Below, piece by piece: positions 13,902 to 26,429 of a stretch of DNA of 64,000 bases. The translations under genes and the position numbers were made by a program. Source of the stretch: Octopus sinensis (taxonomy: Eukaryota); NCBI RefSeq assembly GCF_006345805.1, contig NC_043006.1, positions 96,906,001 to 96,970,000 on the forward strand. Reading direction: 5' to 3'. The notes below the pieces were generated by a model, which saw nothing but the letters and a program-made list of their open reading frames with translations, was not told where the DNA came from and did no database searches. Positions within the stretch are counted from its first letter, which is position 1, and every line of letters begins with the position of its first letter.

Positions 13902-14222
13902 GGAGTGAAGTAGATAAGATCAGGGCTACATATGTTACATAGCGAGCGGAACCACGGATGTGGTTAATATCCAGGCGAGTTGTATGCCGCAGGCTACTCG
14001 TCAGGTCGAAGGTATCTTGATCGAATGAAAGAATCGTTCATCCTGATCGATTCTTCTGTGTGTTAACAATTACCTCCTTGCGACAATGTAAACTTTCATT
14101 CAATCAAGATACTCTCAGCCTGACTAGTAGCCTGCAGTATAGACCTCGCATGGATATTTAACACTTCATATTTTCCGTTCGCTATGAAACATATGTAGCC
14201 CGGATCTTATCAACTCCATTCC
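13902..14222. mobile_element. Long-TIR MITE with TTAA flanks (Kolobok-like termini)
   Basis: TTAA|GGAGTGAAG...CTCCATTCC|TTAA; imperfect arms of more than 100 bp. Confidence 0.6.
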
Positions 14223-14424
14223 TTAACTCTTGTATTCTTATTCGCATACCCGACAACTCTGGTCGCCTACTGTGAGATATAAAAAAGAAGGCTTTTCCAG
14301 TTTATCGAATTTCGATACGGAAACATCCACAACCTTCCGTCTCAATAAACCACTATTATCCATGAAAGTTTTTTTTTTATATTTACTTCGGATTCCATCA
14401 TTGGATGTCCTATATATATATATG

Positions 14425-14489
<65 letters not shown>

Positions 14490-14497
<8 letters not shown>

Positions 14498-14697
14498 ATA
14501 CAAACTGGAACAAGAACGCAAAACATTTAGAAGACGATACAAAAACACGGACGGGGACATTCGAAGCTTTCAATCTTCAGTCAAGAACCGGATCATCCGC
14601 GCAATTTCGGGTGATTAATCTTGAGATTGCTCCGATCTGGCCAGCCCCAAAGGAAAATCTAAGCCAAGAGCATTACATTCCTTGGAAGAAAGCCTCG

Positions 14698-14702
<5 letters not shown>
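14490..14702 (-). mobile_element. Short interspersed repeat, probable Penelope-like derivative
   Basis: Second copy at ~51285-51515 in the opposite orientation; bounded by microsatellites. Confidence 0.6.
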
Positions 14703-14734
<32 letters not shown>

Positions 14735-14738
<4 letters not shown>

Positions 14739-14910
14739 AGAGTTTACGAAAAAAACAAAGGACGAAGATAGGTGGTGTACAAAACAAACAGATGTATTAG
14801 TATAACGCTCAGGAATATAAAAAGTCTTTTACGTTTCGAGCCTACGCTCTTCTACAGAAAGGGACACAGAAAAAACAAGGAGAGAAAAAATTAGTGTAGT
14901 GGCTAACGAT
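14735..14910 (-). mobile_element. Penelope-like terminal fragment carrying a hammerhead motif
   Basis: Homologous to 50700-50850 (+); contains a minimal hammerhead motif. Confidence 0.6.
14826..14861 (-). ncRNA. Minimal type I hammerhead ribozyme-like motif
   Basis: CUUU-CUGUAGA-A-GAGC(GUAG)GCUC-GAA-ACGU-A-AAAG: stems I and II pair, stem III is a palindromic ACGU, and the core has an A6U deviation. Confidence 0.55.
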
Positions 14911-15359
14911 CTATCACGGTGACTATGTATGTATGTATGTATGTATGTATGTATGTATGTATGTATGTATGTATGTATATTGTTGTATTTCAGAATTTTC
15001 TCTCTTTTTTACCAAATAAACGCACGCACTATACATTCGTTCTTCACTCGTCTATTCCTGTTCTTATTCTAACTCATGTCCCTTGTCATGTGAGAATGAA
15101 ATAAGCAGAGCGACAGCACACACGAATACGGAAAGTGTCGCTGAGGAGGTCACGGATGTGTGCAGAAATATTTCCGGGCAATTCGCATGACTTAGAAAGA
15201 TAATATTAAACGCGTGGAGAACGGATATATAGTGCGTGTATTTATTTGGCAAAAAAAAAAAGAAACAATGCGCATCCGAAATACAACACACGAATTCATA
15301 TCAGAAAAATTGCAACACAAATTCATACGCACACACACACACACGCACGCACACATATA

Positions 15360-16135
15360 CATTCAAGCTGCAATAGGTAAATTGCCACCATTTTGTATTT
15401 TTAATTTCGCGCATGCGCTTGTTTGTTTTTTATTTTGTCGACTATACAGTATAGTGTGTTCAGTTGGGCACCGTCTGCGAGAAAAACAGTATCATGAGGC
15501 AATTCACTCTGCCAGAAATTTGGAAACGATATGCAGAATTGCTTGCCATTCAAACCAGAAGCTCCAATACTAACATTTCAGAGTGTTTAGGTGTCAATCT
15601 GAAAACATGTACCGAGAGTGATAAAATCAAGCATCCAGTTAACATCTTTGTATTTGAATTGATCACTAGTGAAGGCGACGTTATGCCTCCATTCATCTTC
15701 CCATACGGCCTCAGGCTGAATACGGAGGCCTACATCAAGTGCCCGGACGAGGTAGTACTAACCTGGGTCGTGAGAGTGGCTGCTGGAAGACCTTATGTCT
15801 GGCAACTGGACTCTGCACCATGCCACAGAAACAGGAAAATACAGTCATGGCAGTCAGACAATTTCTGCGACCACATCACCCCTAAAATCTGACCACCTAA
15901 CTCCCCAATGATTATGGCAAGGAACCAAGGAGACGTTCCAGAGGAGTTGCAGGAAATTCTGAAGCCGTCAAGAGGCCATGGTTGGAGGCAGTGGCGATTT
16001 TATTGAATGAATTTACTCTTTAGTATTTCAATATATTTTTATATAATTTTCGTAAATATATCTGTTAAAATGAGGTATCAGGATTATATTCATTTTTGTA
16101 TAATTTAGACAGCAATATATTCACCGCACCCTGTA
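15360..16135 (+). mobile_element. Internally deleted DD37D (maT-like) transposon
   Basis: EGDVMPPFIF...RPYVWQLDSAPCH...WPPNSP motifs; right end caccgcaccctgta. Confidence 0.75.
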
Positions 16136-16423
16136 TATAGTAATATTTGTAACATACTCAATGTGAGTGTATTGTTGGAACGCCGACTGTTGCATTACCC
16201 GGCCTCACAGAACCGCTCATGTACAAGGAGGGCGCTAAAAGTACACGATAATCTCTTAGGTGACTTTAGACCTGATGTGGCCAATCTCTGAGTGCTACCT
16301 TATTTGTTGATCCCCTAAGTGATGAAATACAAATTAATCTAGACAGGATTTGAACTCAAAACCTATACAGCCAGAATGTGTCAAGCAATCTATCTAACTC
16401 TGTAACTGATCTGCCAATTGGTT

Positions 16424-16469
<46 letters not shown>

Positions 16470-16823
16470 ACATGGGTGTGCATGTGTGTGTGTACTTGCA
16501 GACGGACAGACGAGCAGGCTGGCAGGCAGCCAGGCAGCCAGACAAGCTGACAGATTTAGATTCACATGTGCATATCTAGGTATTATAGAAGTTAAAGGTT
16601 ACATAGACATTTAAAGGGTTAATCAACCAAACACTTCAATTTCACTACAACTGCAACGAGAACAACAACAACAACAACAACATCAACAGCTATAGCTACT
16701 ACAACATATCTACTAGTATTTTTCTCATTACAAGATCTACAACCACAAACACGTACGATCAACGGCCACAATATGAAAGACAAAAGAAGAGCAAAATCCA
16801 AAGCTCTTGAAACAATATCAGTA

Positions 16824-16981
16824 GCAGGAGTGGCTGTGTGGTAAGTAGCTTGCTAACCAACCACATGGTTCCGGGTTCAGTCCCACTGGGCAAGTGTCTT
16901 TTGCTATAGCCCCGGGCCGACCAATGCCTTGTGAGTGGATTTGGTAGACGGAAACTGAAAGAAGCCTGTCGTATATATATG

Positions 16982-17014
<33 letters not shown>

Positions 17015-17212
17015 TTGTCCCCCTAGCATTGATTGACAACCGATGCTGGTCTGTTTACGTCCCCGTAACTTAGCGGTTCGGCAAAAAGAGACCGATAGAA
17101 TAAGTACTGGGCTTACAAAGAATAAGTCCCGGGGTCGATTTGCTCGACTAAAGGCGGTGCCCAGCATGGCCGCAGTCAAATGACTGAAACAAGTAAAAGA
17201 GTAAAAGAGAGA
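16824..17212 (+). mobile_element. SINE family A, near full length
   Basis: gcaggagtggctgtgtggtaag...ggttcagtccc (B-box-like)...gcagtcaaatgactgaaacaagtaaaagag. Confidence 0.9.
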
Positions 17213-17620
17213 GTAGCAACAATAAGAAAACTATCTCGAATTATAGGCTCTAATTGTACTCTAGTGATACACTGTGTGATATGTTGTTGCTTGAAATTCG
17301 ATTCCCCCTGATTCCATGTCAGTTTGAGCTACGCAAAGCTTCTTAGCCGATCTGTTAAACTCAGTTAAATGTATTGTGATTGTCACGTATCAGAAAGTTA
17401 ACGTCTGCTTTTAGTAAATTGGCAAACTGATTTCATGTTGTATACGTATACACACGCGCACACGCACACGCACACGCACATGCACGCACGCACATACACA
17501 CACGCACGAGACAAACACACGTACATATATTTCTATACACACACATTTAAGTACGCTTATGTGTATGCGCACATTTATAAAAATATGTGTATCTATGTAT
17601 ATACATATTTCTTTATATAC

Positions 17621-17676
<56 letters not shown>

Positions 17677-17978
17677 CATAGGTAAACACATATTTCAACG
17701 CACAAAAGCAAACACACAGATGGACTAGCAAACAGTCAGACAATTAGATAGACGTACACGTATGCATGTAAACATACGCACATACATATATACATACATT
17801 CACGCATACATAAATACATGCATTCATACATACATATACATACATACAAAAAGGTATGTATATATAGACACTTGAATGCTTTTTATAAATAAATATATGT
17901 ATGTACGTTTGTATGTATATGTGTATATGTATGTGTGTTTAAATATATATTTGTGTATATATATGCAGATATACATAT

Positions 17979-18042
<64 letters not shown>

Positions 18043-18737
18043 TATGCGGCAAAGTAATTTATTTTACTAAGCCCTTTTATATAATGTAATAATTTGAATT
18101 CGCCTTAAATGGTCCCTTTGCATACTGAATACTTGGTGAAATTGATTAATTAATTAATTTTACCCTCAATTGTTGAAATTATAATTCATCTCTCTCTATA
18201 TAATGCCGCGGATTTTACCGAAAAAAGCATAGTGTTTACTGATTTTAACCCACGCTGGTGGAAAGGGGAGAGCAGAAATTCTTCGCTTGCATTTTTGAGT
18301 TTGTTGGCACTGTTAGTTACGAACAGATCTTCAGAAGCGAGAGGAAGCCGAAAAGGTATGCTCCCACTTTCAGTGTTTTCAAATCCAAACCAGGGAGTTC
18401 TGAGCTGATGATAGAAATGTCGACTTTGACTAATCTTGAAACGTACGTTCTCAAATAACCTTTGCACTTGATTTTTTAATGTCTCTACCCCCATATTTGC
18501 GTGAGTTGAATTGAGCAAACACTATATGAGAGAGGTTTTCTTTAAGTATTAGAAATAGTTTTAAAAAAGTTTTTTTAGCTGCTATTTCTAATGAGTTCAG
18601 TATGCGGCAAAGTAATTTATTTTACTAAGCCCTTTTATATAATGTAATAATTTGAATTCGCCTTAAATGGTCCCTTTGCATACTGAATACTTGGTGAAAT
18701 TGATTAATTAATTAATTTTACCCTCAATTGTTGAAAT
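18043..18737. mobile_element. Element with apparently identical 137-bp direct terminal repeats (pLTR/concatemer-like)
   Basis: 18043-18179 equals 18601-18737; a homolog of the end lies at ~55440-55623. Confidence 0.7.
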
Positions 18738-18778
18738 ATATATATATACATATATACATATATATATACATATACTTG

Positions 18779-19008
18779 AAGGCGGCGAGCTGGCAGAAAC
18801 AGCACGTCGTGCGAAATGCGTTACCGTATTTCGTCTGCCGTTACGTTCCGCGTTCAAATTCCGCCGAGGTCGACTTTGCCTTTCATCCTTCCGGGGTCGA
18901 TAAATTAAGTACCAGTTACGCACTGGGGTCGATGTAATCGACTTAATCCCTTTGTCTGTCCTTGTTTCTCTCCTCTGTGTTTACCCCTTGTGGGTAGTAA
19001 AGAAATAT
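18779..19008 (+). mobile_element. SINE family B, young, Tx1-type tail
   Basis: Full consensus ending tttaccccttgtgggtagtaaagaaata. Confidence 0.9.
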
Positions 19009-19016
19009 ATATATAA

Positions 19017-19057
<41 letters not shown>

Positions 19058-19205
19058 CCCATCTAATCTGTTGAAGATGAGGTAAGGTAAAAATTCGCCG
19101 TGCTGAGGAAGCTTACTGAGGCAGAAACGCATGTCCACACCTGTCCATCAGACTTTTCAAAGGCATGTAAGATTAGAAAAATTCTCGTTTGTTGAAATTA
19201 TTTAC

Positions 19206-19258
19206 CTTTCACACCTGGAGCTGGTAATAACTGCCATTCTGTGGTTTCTCTATTTATT
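19206..19258 (-). CDS. Candidate internal exon (INRETTEWQLLPAPGVK)
   Basis: Strong acceptor tttcgtatttcag, donor AG|GTAAAT, 53 nt, phase 2 to 1. Confidence 0.55.
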
Positions 19259-19382
19259 CTGAAATACGAAATAATATCATTAAATCAATAATTTATTATA
19301 TATGTTATTTACGTTACCTTCATTTGTCTACGTCGTTCAAGCACATACCACACACACACACACACACACACACATATCTATG

Positions 19383-19430
<48 letters not shown>

Positions 19431-19450
19431 CATGTGTATATATATGTATA

Positions 19451-19481
<31 letters not shown>

Positions 19482-19508
19482 TTGCATGTGTATATATATG
19501 TATATATA

Positions 19509-19541
<33 letters not shown>

Positions 19542-19813
19542 GTTATGTATGTATGTATGTATGTATGTATGTATGTATGTATGTATGTATGTATGTATAC
19601 TTATATATACTCAAATATGAATGAGAAGCAGCCCGAAGGATATAAACAATATCGAACACACATTGGCATGTGAGAATACATTCTCTTACGCCTATTAATC
19701 GCATCCTGTTAACGAACTGGCTAAACACGTAACATGTGTATGTGTCTTCGATATTTTTAGATAGCTAGCTAGAGAGATAACAAGAGAGATAGCTAGCTAG
19801 CTAGCTAGCTAGC

Positions 19814-19850
<37 letters not shown>

Positions 19851-19866
19851 GATGATAGATAGATAG

Positions 19867-19927
<61 letters not shown>

Positions 19928-19929
19928 TG

Positions 19930-20170
19930 ATAAGTTCTTTATTGGCCACACAGAGCTGCACACAGATGGGACAAGTTACAAGTAGAGCTTTCTTTTGGGG
20001 GGATGAAGAGAGAACAAAAAAGGGTGGCGTAGGTTTTCGATCAAGAGGGGTTAATGGGAAGGAAGAAAAGAACAAAAACAAAAAAAAATTGAATAAATAA
20101 AAGGAACAAAAGGAAAGAGAAATGAAAAAAAGAAGAAAAAAGGGGGAAAAAAGGGGAAGAGGAAAAAAAG
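19930..20170 (-). mobile_element. Tx1/L1-like LINE 3' end embedded in (GATA)n
   Basis: Matches the 3' end of the element at 21553-22994; GATA arrays on both sides. Confidence 0.7.
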
Positions 20171-20216
20171 ATAGATAGATAGATAGGTAGGTAGGTAGCT
20201 AGCTAGCTAGATAGAT

Positions 20217-20317
<101 letters not shown>

Positions 20318-21179
20318 CCGAAACTGGACAAAATTGCGTTGATTTGTTCGGTAAAAGGTAAACATTACAGTAATGAGGTATTAGGTTGCTATTACTATTG
20401 AAAACATTTTCTTCACATATGATCACCTCCACATCAATAAAGTGAGGATGCCAGACTGAAATTAAGGGATTCCCCATCCTTAATTTAAACAAATTTACAA
20501 GAGATAATGTAAAAATAAGATAACAGATACACCGGAAATAATATATAGATTTCTGTATGTGTAAAGTAACAGTTTAAGAGAGAAAAAAACCCATTGGTTT
20601 CATATCAGCGTGAACTAGATATATCTTCAGTTTCTCTAAACAATAACTGTTCTCTGCAAAGAATGTTCTTTAAAACACAAGAATGCCGGGGATAGTTGAA
20701 GAAATATTCCTCTGAAAAAATTATGGCCATGTGTGTTGTCTTCCTTCGCTTGATAGCTATGTTTTCCTACTTTTAGTAAAAATTTCCGAAAATATGGACA
20801 ACTCGCCACGGCTTCCGTCCTGGAGTTCAGGTAGCCTCCTGGCTCATGTGAGTTCAAATGGATTATATATTTTTCTGCCATACACAGTTTACATAGACTT
20901 GTTTTATTGCGATAGTGTTCGCAAGTTTCTAGTATTTTCCACCTGATGCTAAAGGGCGTATGATCGTCCTTTAGGCGCCATACGTGAGTTGCATCTTTCT
21001 GGACCCTAAAAGAAGATCTGAGGTTGTTCAGGCGAATTTAAATTTGGATTCACAAGATCAGACGTAAATTTTAGTGTGTGTCCCAATCAAAATATATAAA
21101 ATGCTGAACGAATAGTTTACAAGTGTGTTCACTACACTGACACAGGACACAGGCAAGTGAACAAAACAGGGAATTCTTT

Positions 21180-21552
21180 ACTACTTTATCTGTAACCAGG
21201 GAAGCGGTAATAATTTATTATATCGACATAAAAAAAGATGTAATACTGGCCATAGATGAGAAAGACGCAGACTCAGCTGCTGGCCCTAATGGATTCCCAG
21301 CAATCCTTCATAAATAATGCAAACGAGCCCTTGCAAAACCTTTTTTAGATCTTCCTTGCGAGTTGTAAGTTCCCAGGTAAATTGAAAGAAAGAATAGTAT
21401 GCCCTATTTATTAAGAAAGAAGCAGAGCAGATACTGAAAATTATAGGCCTGTCTCTCTGATCTCACACATCAGCAAAGTCTTGGAACGAATAATCAGAAG
21501 GAAAATAATTGAGTTCCTTAAAACTGACTTGCTGACTGACACCCAGCAGATA
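21180..21552 (+). mobile_element. CR1-group LINE RT fragment, left part
   Basis: ENYRPVSLISHISKVLERIIRRKI...TQ motif. Confidence 0.85.
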
Positions 21553-22994
21553 TGTTTCTTTATTGTCCACACAGGGATGAACACAGAAGGGACAAAATAC
21601 AAAGTAGAGCTTTTCTTTTTGGGAAGAAAAAGAGAGAAAAAAAAGTGGGTCGAATTTCGATCAAAAGGGATCGTGGGGAAAAAAAGCCGATCAATAGAGA
21701 CCGTGTATCACAGAAATGTCATAGTGTAAAAAGGGGAAACAGATTAGGTTTATCCTTGGAAAGAAAAGCCTCCGGAAAAGACCACAGTAAACTTGGGCAA
21801 TAATGTCATGCAAAAAACACAATACAGTAAGTGACTCTCTTTTTTCCTTTCTTTTTTTTCTGGTTCATAGGATTATGCTCAAGGTGGCTCCGTTATTCAC
21901 ACGTGCCATCCTTGCTACATTCACCCATCTATTTTCAAACATTCACTAGACAATACCTCCCTCTCTACTATCACCTTCCTCTTCATGTGATACTTGAAGA
22001 AGTTGATGAGAGATTCACCAGACAGGAAAATGTTTGTCTCAAGACCTTTCAGGCGCGTCCACCATACACATTCTTTCACCATAGCCACAAGTACGATGAA
22101 AATGGCTCCTCCTTCCCGTTTCCAGGAAGGAGGCGCGACAATATTAACGATCGACTCGGTTGATAAACCGACTCGTCCCACACGCGATAGCAGTCGTTTA
22201 ACATAGGCCCACTGGACGGAAATGGCTGGACACTGCACGAGTGCGTGCAGAACGGTTTCGTCGCCCTGACCGCATATCGGGCAGGTTGTCCCCGTGTTTC
22301 TCGAGCCATGCCTGTAGAGCTTATCCCGAACTGGTAGCGCTTCTCGATAGCACTGCCAGGCCAGGTATCTCTGGAAGTTATCCATAGGTCCCGGCCCGAA
22401 AGTCGTCTAGAATAGGCGATTCAGGTTTTCCTCGTCGATGACCAGGTTCGCCCCAAGACCGTCGACGTATCTCCACTAATCCCCTATAGAATGCTTTGGT
22501 TGTGTTGAAGTCGCTGAAGGTCGACCCAGGACGGCATAGCTGCTCGAGAGCAACGCGACACTTCGCGGTGCCATTCGATCTTCCTCGGCCTCTTTTTGAT
22601 CCACGACTGCAGTTCGGTCATGGAGACGAGCTGCGGGAATGCGCGCCTCGCTAACGGCGACCACACCTGCTCATCGCCGTCTACGTAGAGCCGGAGATGC
22701 CGCAGTCTCAACGCGTGTCTGCGCATCATCAACCACGGCATTCCCAGCCCTCCTTTTAACGGGTGTTTGCAGCAAACGGGTCGCTTGACCATCGGAACGC
22801 ATCCTTTTCACAAGAGGCGGAAGGGGATGCATTCCAGTTTGGTGATAGTAGGGTCGAGAGAAGGCACGACGGTCAGGCGGTAGTAGATGACGGAAGCGAT
22901 GTACGTATTTTGTCACCTCCGCCCGACCTTTTAGGGACAGCTTCCTCTCGGTCCATTGCCGGGCGAGAGTGACCACCCTACTCGTTATCTCGGT
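21553..22994 (-). mobile_element. 5'-truncated Tx1/L1-clade LINE inserted in CR1
   Basis: LSLKGRAEV RT C-terminal region; zf-RVT CPICGQGDETVLHALVQC; 10-bp duplication CCAGCAGATA at 21543-21552 and 22995-23004. Confidence 0.85.
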
Positions 22995-23600
22995 CCAGCA
23001 GATAGAAGCTGCTTGACACAGCTGCCTGACTGGGTGTTAAAGCAGCTGAACCTGATATATTTTGATTAAAATGTGTGACGTGATATATTTCGACTTTGCC
23101 AAAGCCTTTGATTAAGCCGACCATGGCGTGATGCGTCACAAGCTGCGTGATCTCTGCACAATAATCGGAAAACTTGGGTAGTGAAAAGAAGTCAAGCAGT
23201 GGTAGCCAATGAAACTACTTGTAAAGAAACACAAAGAGTCAGCGGTGTTCCAGGGGGTGCTGTTTTAGGCTCACAGCTATTCATCGTGGCCTTCTCAGAC
23301 ATGCTTGCTATGCAATCGATACAAAAGTCTCTCAGAGGATACAGAACACTGGAAATGTTGCGCCATCGCAACAGAAGTTAAACGTAATATATATAGGTCT
23401 GTTGAGGACAATAATACGCTGGAAAATTCCGAGCCCTGTGCTACCATCACAGGAAGCTAAATGAAATGTAGTCAGGATACACTGGCCCAGGAGAGATTGC
23501 AATCTCTGAATCAAAACAGTGTCCGACCTGGTTAGTAACATGAATAATGATGCATCTTTCCGGATGCATATTACTAAGCTAGCAATAAGATGTAAGCGTT
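22995..23600 (+). mobile_element. CR1-group LINE RT fragment, right part
   Basis: RSCLTQL, DVIYFDFAKAFD and GVPGGAVLGSQLF (GVPQGSVLGP-like) motifs. Confidence 0.85.
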
Positions 23601-23791
23601 TATTATTTTATGGCCGTCTTTCGCTTATCTGCCTCTTAAATTTGCATATCTGTCTGTCTATATTTACGTATGTATATGTATATGTGTGCGTATGTACGTC
23701 CGCGCGCGTGTGAATGTGTGTGCGTACATATATATCCGTTTGCATATACATTTATATTTTCATATATATATATGTATATGCGTTAATACAC

Positions 23792-23883
<92 letters not shown>

Positions 23884-24987
23884 TGTGTGACTATATACAT
23901 ATATATTTGTACGTATGTATATATGCATGTGTGTATGTCTGTGTATGCGTCTGTTTGTCCTTTAACTCTCCTAATACTAGACTGTATACTTCTCTTGATT
24001 AAGTAGACAAAACATTATCTATTGTCGTTCAAGTAGGCAAACAGTTAACCTTCTTCCTCGCTATCCAATAGCCACCCTTTCTGTGCTTCGCCTACACCTC
24101 CTACCACCATCACCACCACCCACTCATCTCTAACAACAACAGCACCAAGAACAATAACAATGACACCACTTAACGCCAACACTTCTTCATCGAGGAAACG
24201 CATACGAAATTGCTTAAAACTGCTAAAAATAGTAGCCAAATCTTCGCAGATGACAACATACATGTATAAGATGAGGTGACGCTTCATACTTGTACAAAGT
24301 GAGGTAAGTCGCAGTCCAGGTATCTTTGTCATTAGGCTTACCTAGGGTTAAACAAGCAAAACAACAGCAGATACAGCATCATCAAAAATGCTGCTAGTCT
24401 ATCCAATGTGGGCACCTCTATGTGGTCACTCGAACTTCCAGAAATAGCAACTAACTTTTCTAAAATATACTTTTCTCTTTGAAAAAGAAAATGACATATT
24501 GGTCAATATGATTCCAGATATACAAAGAGGCGAGATGGTTACGATCGGAAAGATATTGATCATAGATCTGCTCACACAAAATAGATCGATACATACACAA
24601 TCTTCCATTCTTAACAGTATCATAACCATCCTTCACACACACTTAGACACACACACACAGCGTGTAAAGCAATGTACTGTGTCCCCTACATACACGACCA
24701 TTTGTTCCCATGCCTTAAAGTTGTGCTGACTACCAGAACAAAGCGAATAGAATTGAAACAGAGCTGACCCAGTGCTAAACCACACGACCTACTCTACTAC
24801 TACCAGCACCGATAGACTGGTCAGTCAACAGGATTGCAATCAAATCGTCTGGAAGTGCTTAATGTCAACAGTGGTCAAGAGTCAAGGAAGTGAAGAGCAT
24901 ATCTTTACTGGAATCTTATAGTCCAGTAAGCACAACACTAAACCGACCACCACCACAGCTCCCTCCACGAACATCAACAAGACCACA

Positions 24988-25235
24988 TTCTTCTTCTTCT
25001 TCTTCTTCTTCTTCTTCTTCTTCTTCTTCTTCTTCTTCTTCTTCTTCTTCTTCTTCTTCTTCTTCTTCTTCTTCTTCTTCTTCTTCTTCTCTTCTCTGTC
25101 TCAGTCTCTCTCTGTCTCTCTGTCTCTCTGTCTCTCTCTGTCTCTGTCTGTCTCTCTCTGTCTCTCTGTCTCTCTGTCTCTCTGTCTCTCTCTGTCTCTG
25201 TCTGTCTCTGTCTCCTCTCTCTCTCTCTCTCTTCT
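24988..25235. repeat. (TTC)n followed by (TC)/(TCTG)n polypyrimidine tract
   Basis: Direct reading. Confidence 0.95.
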
Positions 25236-25779
25236 CTCACTATATATCTGTTCTGCTCCTTTCTTTCCTCCTCTTTTCTTCTCCTCCTACTTACTTCTCA
25301 ATCAGTTAAGAAAGAAGAGCAACATTTAACATGGGAATTCAAGAACTGAAATGTTCAATAAATAAATAAGGTAAATAAATAAATAAACAAAATAAATTTT
25401 TAAAAAATAGAGAGAAAATTAATTTTCTTTCTCCAGAGATTTCTTTGGTAAATCTGCATTTACATTATTCTCCATTCTAATGAGACAGACAATCAATACT
25501 TCCCATAGAACATCTTTATTTGATTAAGTTATAATAATAATAATAATAACAACAACAACAACAACAACAACAACAAGAATAACAACAACATCAATTTGAG
25601 TATTAGCCACAAGGGCCCTAGATATAATGAACTTTGAAGACAATGGTGTTTACAATACGTACGAAGCTAAATAAATGTGTCTATATAAATATGGGGAGAA
25701 GTGAGGATGTTATACAAGAGACGAATTAAAAATTTAATAAAACACGAAATAAATGCAGAAATTTATATATAACACGTAT

Positions 25780-26420
25780 TCATTAAATAAGCAATATTTT
25801 AAATATCTAAAACATTATGTTACCCTCGCATACATATGGGCAAGAGGTAGGTGTTGGAGTCTCCACCATGAATGAGGACCTTTATTATCATTTGTACAAG
25901 AGGTGCAAGCGACAAATTTTGACAGCCAAGACCGAGGGGAACCGCGTAACGAAAGCAAACAAGCTCCTGAAAAAGCTGAGTCATCATGTTGAGCCGGGGA
26001 GGATTTGGTTCATCCCTTATGAAAAGAAATTCTGCCAGGACCAGTTACATAACACCCAGAACAACAGGTGGCTTGCGCTTACAATCCATGTGACGCCCCA
26101 CGTATCATGAAAACCAATTTCCTCCAAGCTAAGATGGTCTTTGTGTAAGTCTCCAATGGGTGTGACGCCATGCCGCCTCACATCTTTGAATGAGACCTTA
26201 GACTCAATTCAGACGGATATGTGAAGTTACTAGAGAGGCTGGTTAAACCTTAGCTAAAGAGGGTTGCGGCTGGAAGGGCATAGGTATGAAAGCAGTATAC
26301 GACTTCTTGCCTTACCTCCGAAAGAGTTATAAGTGATTGTCAAGGAATTTCTAGAACTCTACCACCTGAAATTTCTGCCCTAATTCCCTCCATTTTAATC
26401 CCATGGATTACTATGTGTGG
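25780..26420 (+). mobile_element. DD37D/maT-like transposase relic
   Basis: RIWF..EKKFCQD..HNTQNNRWLA motif; the downstream part is similar to 15464-15900. Confidence 0.65.
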
Positions 26421-26429
26421 GGCGAAAAA

